A DNA stretch of 64,000 nucleotides, taken from assembly GCA_964016885.1 (NCBI GenBank), contig OZ024743.1, forward strand, positions 324,632,001-324,696,000, written 5' to 3'. Both the position numbers and the translations under genes were made by a program. Positions 49,151 through 62,100 of the stretch are shown here, in pieces; the stretch's first letter is position 1, and each line of letters begins with the position of its first letter. The notes below the pieces were generated by a model. It was not told where the DNA came from. It saw only the letters and a program-made list of their open reading frames with translations, and did not search any database. This DNA is from Eledone cirrhosa. Its lineage: Eukaryota.

Positions 49151-52100
49151 ATACCACAAGTACTACCACCACTACCAATACCACAAGTACTACCACCACT
49201 ACCAATACTACAAGTACTACCACCACTACCAATATCACAAGTACTACAACCACTACCAATACCACAAGTACTACCACCACTACTAATATCACAATTACTA
49301 CCACCACTACAAATACCACAAGTACTACCACCACTACCAATACCACAAGTACTACCACCACTACCAATAAAACAAGTACTATCACCACTACCAATGCCAC
49401 AAGTACTACCATCACTAACAATACCACAAGTACTACAACCACTACCAATATCACAAGTACTACCAACACTACCAATACCACTATCAATATCACAAGTACT
49501 ACCGCCACTACCAATACCACAAGTACTACCACCACTACCAATACCACAAGTACTACCACCACTACCAATACCACAGGTACTACCAGCACTACTAATATCA
49601 CAAGTACTACCACCACTACCAATACCACAAGTACTACCACCACTACCAATATCACAAGTACTACCACCACTACTAATACCACTAGTACTACCACCACTAC
49701 CAATATCACAAGTACTCCCACCACTACCAATACCACAAGTACTACCACCACTACCAATATCAGAAGTACTACAACCACTACCAATATCACAAGTACTATC
49801 ACCACTACCAATACCACTAGTACTATCACCACTACCAATACCACAAGTACTACCACCACTACCAATACTACAAGTACTACCACCACTACCAATATCACAA
49901 GTACTACCACCACTACCAATACCACAAGTACTACCACCACTACCAGTATCACAAGTACTACCACCACTACCAATACCACAAGTACTACAACCACTACCAA
50001 TATCACAAGTACTACCACCACTACCAATACCACTAGTACTACCACCACTACCAATATCACAAGTACTACCACAACTACCAATACCACTACCAATACCACA
50101 AGTACTACCACCACTACCAATACCACAAGTACTACCACAACTACCAATACCACTAGTACTACCACCACTCCCAATACCACTAGTACTACCACCACTACCA
50201 ATACCACAAGTACTACCACCACTACCAATACCACAAGTACTACCACCACTACCAATATCACAAGTACTACCACCAATACTACCACAAGTACTACCACCAC
50301 TACCAATACCACAAGTACTACCACCACTACCAATACTACAGGTATTACCACCACTACCAATATCACAAGTACTACCACCACTACCAATACCACAAGTACT
50401 ACCACCACTACTAATATCACAAGTACTACCACCACTACAAATACCACAAGTACTACCACCACTACCAATACCACAAGTACTACCACCACTACCAATACAA
50501 CAAGTACTATCACCACTACTAATGCCACAAGTACTACTACCACTACCAGTACCACAAGTACTACCAACACTACCAATACCACAAGTACTACCACCACTAC
50601 CAATACCACAAATACTACCACCACTACCAATATCACAAGTACTACCACCACTACCAATACCACTACCAATACCACAAGTACTACCACCACTACCAATACC
50701 ATAAGTACTACCACCACTACCAATACCACTAGTACTACCACCACTACCAATACCACTAGTACTACCACCGACTACCAATATCACAAGTACTACCACCACT
50801 ACCAATACCACAAGTACTACCACCACTACCAATACCACAAGTAGTCCCACCACTACCAATACCACAAGTACTACCACCACTACCAATACCACTAGTACTA
50901 CCACCACTACCAATACCACAAGTACTACCACCACTACCAGTACCACAAGTACTACCACCACTACCAATACCACAAGTACTACCACCACTACCAATACCAC
51001 AAGTACTACCACCACTACCAATACCACTAGTACTACCACCACTACCAATACCACAAGTACTACCACCACTACCAATATCACAAGTACTACCACCACTACC
51101 AATACCACAAGTACTACCAGCACTACTAATATCACAAGTACTACCACCACTACCAATATCACAAGTAGTCCCACCACTACCAATACCACAAGTACTACCA
51201 CCACTACCAATACCACTAGTACTACCACCACTACCAATACCACTAGTACTACCACCACTACCAATACCACTAGTACTACCACCACTACCAATACCACTAG
51301 TACTACCACCACTACCAGTACCACAAGTACTAGCACCACTACCAATACCACAAGTTCTACCACCACTACCAATACCACAAGTACTACCACCACTACCAAT
51401 ACCACTAGTACTACCACCACTACCAATACCACAAGTACTACCACCACTACCAATATCACAAGTACTACCACCACTACCAATACCACAAGTACTACCAGCA
51501 CTACTAATATCACAAGTACTACCACCACTACCAATACCACAAGTACTACCACCACTACCAATACCACAAGTACTACCACCAATACCAATACCACAAGTAC
51601 TATCACCACTACCAATGCCACAAGTACTACCACCACTAACAATATCACAAGTACTACCACCACTACCAATACCACTACCAATACCACAAGAACTACCACC
51701 ACTACCAATACCATAAGTACTACCACCACTACCAATACCACTAGTACTACCACCACTACCAATACCACTAGTACTACCACCACTACCAATACCACAAGTA
51801 CTACCACCACTACCAATACCACAAGTATTACCACCACTACCAATACCACAAGTACTATCACCACTACCAATGACACAAGTACTACCACCACTACCAGTAC
51901 CACAAGTACTACCACCACTACCAATACTACAAGTTCTACCACCACTACCAATATCACAAGTACTACCACCACTACCAATATCACAAGTACTACCACCACT
52001 ACCAATACCACAAGTACTACCACCACTACCAATACCACAAGTACTACCACCACTAACAATACCACAAGTACTACCACCACTACCAATGCCACTAGTACTA

Positions 52101-53199
52101 CCACCACTACCAATACCACAAGTACTACCACCACTACCAATACCACAAGTACTACCATCACTACCAATACCACAAGTACTACCACCACTAACAATACCCC
52201 AAGTACTACAACCACTACCAATACCACTACCAATACCACAAGTACTACCACCACTACCAATACCACAAGTACTACCACCACTACCAATATCAGAAGTACT
52301 ACCACCACTACCAATACCACTACCAATACCACAAGTACTACCACCACTACCAATACCATAAGTACTACCACCACTACCAATACCACAAGTACTACCACCA
52401 CTACAAATACCACTAGTACTACCACCCACTACCAATATCACAAGTACTACCAGCACTACCAATACCACAAGTACTACCACCACTACCAATACCACAAGTA
52501 GTCCCACCACTACCAATACCACAAGTACTACCACCACTACCTATACCACAAGTACTACCACCACTACGAATACCACAAGTACTACCACCACTACTAATAT
52601 CACAAGTACTACCACCACTACCAATACCACAAGTACTACCACCACTACCAATATCACAAGTACTACCACCACTACCAATACCACAAGTACTACCACCACT
52701 ACCAGTACCACAAGTACTACCACCACTACCAAAAACAAAAGTACCACCACCACTACCAATACCGCAAGTTCTACCACCACTACCAATATCACAAGTACTA
52801 CCACCACTACCAATATCACAAGTACTACCACCACTACTAATACCACTTGTACTACCACCACTACCAATATCACAAGTACTACCACCACTACCAATATCAC
52901 AAGTACTACCACCACTACTAATACCACTTGTACTACCACCACTACCAATATCACAAGTACTCCCACCACTACCAATACCACAAGTACTACCACCACTACC
53001 AAAAACAAAAGTACCACCACCACTACCAATACCGCAAGTTCTACCACCACTACCAAAACCACAAGTACTACCACCACTACCAATATCACAAGTACTACCA
53101 CCACTACTAATACCACTTGTACTACCACCACTACCAATATCACAAGTACTCCCACCACTACCAATACCACAAGTACTACCACCACTACCAATATCAGAA

Positions 53200-56100
53200 G
53201 TACTACAACCACTACCAATATCACAAGTACTACCACCACTACCAATACCACAAGTACTACCACCACTACCAATACCACTACCAATACCACAAGAACTACC
53301 ACCACTACCAATACCATAAGTACTACCACCACTACCAATACCACTAGTACTACCACCACTACCAATACCACTAGTACTACCACCACTACCAATACCACAA
53401 GTACTACCACCACTACCAATATCACAAGTACTACCACTACTACCAATACCACTAGTACTACCACCACTACCAATATCACAAGTACTACCACCACTACCAA
53501 TACCACAAGTACTACCACCACTACCAATACCACAAGTACTACCACCACTACCAATACCACAAGTACTACCACCACTACCAATACTACAAGTTCTACCACC
53601 ACTACCAATATCACAAGTACTACCACCACTACCAATACCACAAGTACTACCACCACTACTAATATCACAAGTACTACCACCACTACAAATACCACAAGTG
53701 CTACCACCACTACCAATACCACAAGTACTACCACCACTACCAATACCACAAGTACTATCACCACTACCAATGCCACAAGTACTACCACCACTACCAGTAC
53801 CACAAGTACTACCACCACTACCAATACCACTAGTACTACCACCACTACCTATGCCACAAGTACTACCACCACTACCAGTACCACAAGTACTACCACCACT
53901 AACAATACCCCAAGTACTACAACCACTACCAATACCACAAGTACTACCACCACTCCCAATATCACAAGTACTACCACCACTACCAATACCACTAGTACTA
54001 CCACCACTACCAATATCACAAGTACTACCACCACTACCAATACCACAAGTACTACCACCACTACCAATACCACAAGTACTACCACCACTACCAATACTAC
54101 AAGTACTACCACCACTACCAATATCACAAGTACTACAACCACTACCAATACCACAAGTACTACCACCACTACTAATATCACAAGTACTACCACCACTACA
54201 AATACCACAAGTACTACCACCACTACCAATACCACAAGTACTACCACCACTACCAATAAAACAAGTACTATCACCACTACCAATGCCACAAGTACTACCA
54301 TCACTAACAATACCACAAGTACTACAACCACTAACAATACCACAAGCACTACCACCACTACCAATATCACAAGTACTACCAACACTACCAATACCACTAC
54401 CAATATCACAAGTACTACCGCCACTACCAATACCACAAGTACTACCACCACTACCAATACCACAAGTACTACCACCACTACCAATATCACAAGTACTACC
54501 ACCACTACCAATACCACAGGTACTACCAGCACTACTAATATCACAAGTACTACCACCACTACCAATACCACAAGTACTACCACCACTACCAATATCACAA
54601 GTACTACCACCACTACTAATACCACTAGTACTACCACCACTACCAATATCACAAGTACTCCCACCACTACCAATACCACAAGTACTACCACCACTACCAA
54701 TATCAGAAGTACTACAACCACTACCAATATCACAAGTACTATCACCACTACCAATACCACTAGTACTATCACCACTACCAATACCACAAGTACTACCACC
54801 ACTACCAATACTACAAGTACTACCACCACTACCAATATCACAAGTACTACCACCACTACCAATACCACAAGTACTACCACCACTACCAGTATCACAAGTA
54901 CTACCACCACTACCAATACCACAAGTACTACAACCACTACCAATATCACAAGTACTACCACCACTACCAATACCACTAGTACTACCACCACTACCAATAT
55001 CACAAGTACTACCACCACTACCAATACCACAAGTACTACCACCACTACCAATACCACAAGTACTACCACAACTACCAATACCACTAGTACTACCACCACT
55101 CCCAATACCACTAGTACTACCACCACTACCAATACCACAAGTACTACCACCACTACCAATACCACAAGTACTACCACCACTACCAATATCACAAGTACTA
55201 CCACCAATACTACCACAAGTACTACCACCACTACCAATACCACAAGTACTACCACCACTACCAATACTACAGGTACTACCACCACTACCAATATCACAAG
55301 TACTACCACCACTACCAATACCACAAGTACTACCACCACTACTAATATCACAAGTACTACCACCACTACAAATACCACAAGTACTACCACCACTACCAAT
55401 ACCACAAGTACTACCACCACTACCAATACAACAAGTACTATCACCACTACTAATGCCACAAGTACTACTACCACTACCAGTACCACAAGTACTACCAACA
55501 CTACCAATACCACAAGTACTACCACCACTACCAATATCACAAGTACTACCACCACTACCAATACCACTACCAATACCACAAGTACTACCACCACTACCAA
55601 TACCATAAGTACTACCACCACTACCAATACCACTAGTACTACCACCACTACCAATACCACTAGTACTACCACCACTACCAATACCACTAGTACTACCACC
55701 GACTACCAATATCACAAGTACTACCACCACTACCAATACCACAAGTACTACCACCACTACCAATACCACAAGTAGTCCCACCACTACCAATACCACAAGT
55801 ACTACCACCACTACCAATACCACTAGTACTACCACCACTACCAATACCACAAGTACTACCACCACTACCAATACCACTAGTACTACCACCACTACCAGTA
55901 CCACAAGTACTACCACCACTACCAATATCACAAGTACTACCACCACTACCAATACCACAAGTACTACCAGCACTACTAATATCACAAGTACTACCACCAC
56001 TACCAATACCACAAGTACTACCACCACTACCAATACCACAAGTACTACCACCACTACCAATACCACAAGTAGTACCACCACTAACAATATCACAAGTACT

Positions 56101-59100
56101 ACCACCACTACCAATACCACAAGTACTACCAGCACTACTAATATCACAAGTACTACCACCACTACCAATACCACAAGTACTACCACCAATACCAATACCA
56201 CAAGTACTATCACCACTACCAATATCACAAGTACTACCACCACTACCAATACTACAAGTTCTACCACCACTACCAATATCACAAGTACTACCACCACTAC
56301 CAATATCACAAGTACTACCACCACTACCAATACCACAAGTACTACCACCACTACCAGTACCACAAGTACTACCACCACTACCAAAAACAAAAGTACCACC
56401 ACCACTACCAATACCACAAGTACTACCACCACTAACAATACCCCAAGTACTACAACCACTACCAATACCACTACCAATACCACAAGTACTACCACCACTA
56501 CCAATACCATAAGTACTACCAATACCACAAGTACTACCACCACTACCAATACCACAAGTACTACCACCACTACCAATATCAGAAGTACTACCACCACTAC
56601 CAATACCACTACCAATACCACTACCAATACCACAAGTACTACCAGCACTACCAATACCACAAGTACTACCACCACTACCAATACCACAAGTAGTCCCACC
56701 ACTACCAATACCACAAGTACTACCACCACTATCTATACCACAAGTACTACCACCACTACGAATAACACAAGTACTACCACCACTACTAATATCACAAGTA
56801 CTACCACCACTACCAATAACACAAGTACTACCACCACTACCAATACCACAAGTACTACCACCACTACCAATACCACAAGTACTACCACCACTACCAATAC
56901 TACAAGTTCTACCACCACTACCAATATCACAAGTACTACCACCACTACCAATACCACAAGTACTACCACCACTACTAATATCACAAGTACTACCACCACT
57001 ACAAATACCACAAGTGCTACCACCACTACCAATACCACAAGTACTACCACCACTACCAATACCACAAGTACTACCACCACTACCAATACCACAAGTACTA
57101 CCACCACTACCAATACTACAAGTTCTACCACCACTACCAATACCACAAGTACTACCACCACTACCAATATCAGAAGTACTACAACCACTACCAATATCAC
57201 AAGTACTACCACCACTACCAATACCACAAGTACTACCACCACTACCAATACCACTACCAATACCACAACAACTACCACCACTACCAATACCATAAGTACT
57301 ACCACCACTACCAATACCACTAGTACTACCACCACTACCAATACCACTAGTACTACCACCACTACCAATACCACAAGTACTACCACCACTACCAATATCA
57401 CAAGTACTACCACTACTACCAATACCACTAGTACTACCACCACTACCAATATCACAAGTACTACCACCACTACCAATACCACAAGTACTACCACCACTAC
57501 CAATACCACAAGTACTACCACCACTACCAATACCACAAGTACTACCACCACTACCAATACTACAAGTTCTACCACCACTACCAATATCACAAGTACTACC
57601 ACCACTACCAATACCACAAGTACTACCACCACTACTAATATCACAAGTACTACCACCACTACAAATACCACAAGTGCTACCACCACTACCAATACCACAA
57701 GTACTACCACCACTACCAATACCACAAGTACTATCACCACTACCAATGCCACAAGTACTACCACCACTACCAGTACCACAAGTACTACCACCACTACCAA
57801 TACCACTAGTACTACCACCACTACCTATGCCACAAGTACTACCACCACTACCAGTACCACAAGTACTACCACCACTAACAATACCCCAAGTACTACAACC
57901 ACTACCAATACCACAAGTACTACCACCACTCCCAATATCACAAGTACTACCACCACTACCAATACCACTAGTACTACCACCACTACCAATATCACAAGTA
58001 CTACCACCACTACCAATACCACAAGTACTACCACCACTACCAATACCACAAGTACTACCACCACTACCAATACTACAAGTACTACCACCACTACCAATAT
58101 CACAAGTACTACAACCACTACCAATACCACAAGTACTACCACCACTACTAATATCACAAGTACTACCACCACTACAAATACCACAAGTACTACCACCACT
58201 ACCAATACCACAAGTACTACCACCACTACCAATAAAACAAGTACTATCACCACTACCAATGCCACAAGTACTACCATCACTAACAATACCACAAGTACTA
58301 CAACCACTAACAATACCACAAGTACTACCACCACTACCAATATCACAAGTACTACCAACACTACCAATACCACTACCAATATCACAAGTACTACCGCCAC
58401 TACCAATACCACAAGTACTACCACCACTACCAATACCACAAGTACTATCACCACTACCAATGCCACAAGTACTACCACCACTACCAGTACCACAAGTACT
58501 ACCACCACTACCAATACCACTAGTACTACCACCACTACCTATGCCACAAGTACTACCACCACTACCAGTACCACAAGTACTACCACCACTAACAATACCC
58601 CAAGTACTACAACCACTACCAATACCACAAGTACTACCACCACTCCCAATATCACAAGTACTACCACCACTACCAATACCACTAGTACTACCACCACTAC
58701 CAATATCACAAGTACTACCACCACTACCAATACCACAAGTACTACCACCACTACCAATACCACAAGTACTACCACCACTACCAATACTACAAGTACTACC
58801 ACCACTACCAATATCACAAGTACTACAACCACTACCAATACCACAAGTACTACCACCACTACTAATATCACAAGTACTACCACCACTACAAATACCACAA
58901 GTACTACCACCACTACCAATACCACAAGTACTACCACCACTACCAATAAAACAAGTACTATCACCACTACCAATGCCACAAGTACTACCATCACTAACAA
59001 TACCACAAGTACTACAACCACTAACAATACCACAAGCACTACCACCACTACCAATATCACAAGTACTACCAACACTACCAATACCACTACCAATATCACA

Positions 59101-62100
59101 AGTACTACCGCCACTACCAATACCACAAGTACTACCACCACTACCAATACCACAAGTACTACCACCACTACCAATATCACAAGTACTACCACCACTACCA
59201 ATACCACAGGTACTACCAGCACTACTAATATCACAAGTACTACCACCACTACCAATACCACAAGTACTACCACCACTACCAATATCACAAGTACTACCAC
59301 CACTACTAATACCACTAGTACTACCACCACTACCAATATCACAAGTACTCCCACCACTACCAATACCACAAGTACTACCACCACTACCAATATCAGAAGT
59401 ACTACAACCACTACCAATATCACAAGTACTATCACCACTACCAATACCACTAGTACTATCACCACTACCAATACCACAAGTACTACCACCACTACCAATA
59501 CTACAAGTACTACCACCACTACCAATATCACAAGTACTACCACCACTACCAATACCACAAGTACTACCACCACTACCAGTATCACAAGTACTACCACCAC
59601 TACCAATACCACAAGTACTACAACCACTACCAATATCACAAGTACTACCACCACTACCAATACCACTAGTACTACCACCACTACCAATATCACAAGTACT
59701 ACCACCACTACCAATACCACAAGTACTACCACCACTACCAATACCACAAGTACTACCACAACTACCAATACCACTAGTACTACCACCACTCCCAATACCA
59801 CTAGTACTACCACCACTACCAATACCACAAGTACTACCACCACTACCAATACCACAAGTACTACCACCACTACCAATATCACAAGTACTACCACCAATAC
59901 TACCACAAGTACTACCACCACTACCAATACCACAAGTACTACCACCACTACCAATACTACAGGTACTACCACCACTACCAATATCACAAGTACTACCACC
60001 ACTACCAATACCACAAGTACTACCACCACTACTAATATCACAAGTACTACCACCACTACAAATACCACAAGTACTACCACCACTACCAATACCACAAGTA
60101 CTACCACCACTACCAATACAACAAGTACTATCACCACTACTAATGCCACAAGTACTACTACCACTACCAGTACCACAAGTACTACCAACACTACCAATAC
60201 CACAAGTACTACCACCACTACCAATATCACAAGTACTACCACCACTACCAATACCACTACCAATACCACAAGTACTACCACCACTACCAATACCATAAGT
60301 ACTACCACCACTACCAATACCACTAGTACTACCACCACTACCAATACCACTAGTACTACCACCACTACCAATACCACTAGTACTACCACCGACTACCAAT
60401 ATCACAAGTACTACCACCACTACCAATACCACAAGTACTACCACCACTACCAATACCACAAGTAGTCCCACCACTACCAATACCACAAGTACTACCACCA
60501 CTACCAATACCACTAGTACTACCACCACTACCAATACCACAAGTACTACCACCACTACCAATACCACTAGTACTACCACCACTACCAGTACCACAAGTAC
60601 TACCACCACTACCAATATCACAAGTACTACCACCACTACCAATACCACAAGTACTACCAGCACTACTAATATCACAAGTACTACCACCACTACCAATACC
60701 ACAAGTACTACCACCACTACCAATACCACAAGTACTACCACCACTACCAATACCACAAGTAGTACCACCACTACCAATATCACAAGTACTACCACCACTA
60801 CCAATACCACAAGTACTACCAGCACTACTAATATCACAAGTACTACCACCACTACCAATACCACAAGTACTACCACCAATACCAATACCACAAGTACTAT
60901 CACCACTACCAATGCCACAAGTACTACCACCACTACCAATACCACTACCAATACCACAAGAACTACCACCACTACCAATACCATAAGTACTACCACCACT
61001 ACCAATACCACTAGTACTACCACCACTACCAATACCACTAGTACTACCACCACTACCAATATCACAAGTACTACCACCACTACCAATACTACAAGTTCTA
61101 CCACCACTACCAATATCACAAGTACTACCACCACTACCAATATCACAAGTACTACCACCACTACCAATACCACAAGTACTACCACCACTACCAGTACCAC
61201 AAGTACTACCACCACTACCAAAAACAAAAGTACCACCACCACTACCAATACCACAAGTACTACCACCACTAACAATACCCCAAGTACTACAACCACTACC
61301 AATACCACTACCAATACCACAAGTACTACCACCACTACCAATACCATAAGTACTACCAATACCACAAGTACTACCACCACTACCAATACCACAAGTACTA
61401 CCACCACTACCAATATCAGAAGTACTACCACCACTACCAATACCACTACCAATACCACTACCAATACCACAAGTACTACCAGCACTACCAATACCACAAG
61501 TACTACCACCACTACCAATACCACAAGTAGTCCCACCACTACCAATACCACAAGTACTACCACCACTATCTATACCACAAGTACTACCACCACTACGAAT
61601 AACACAAGTACTACCACCACTACTAATATCACAAGTACTACCACCACTACCAATAACACAAGTACTACCACCACTACCAATACCACAAGTACTACCACCA
61701 CTACCAATACCACAAGTACTACCACCACTACCAATACTACAAGTTCTACCACCACTACCAATATCACAAGTACTACCACCACTACCAATACCACAAGTAC
61801 TACCACCACTACTAATATCACAAGTACTACCACCACTACAAATACCACAAGTGCTACCACCACTACCAATACCACAAGTACTACCACCACTACCAATACC
61901 ACAAGTACTACCACCACTACCAATACCACAAGTACTACCACCACTACCAATACTACAAGTTCTACCACCACTACCAATACCACAAGTACTACCACCACTA
62001 CCAATATCAGAAGTACTACAACCACTACCAATATCACAAGTACTACCACCACTACCAATACCACAAGTACTACCACCACTACCAATACCACTACCAATAC

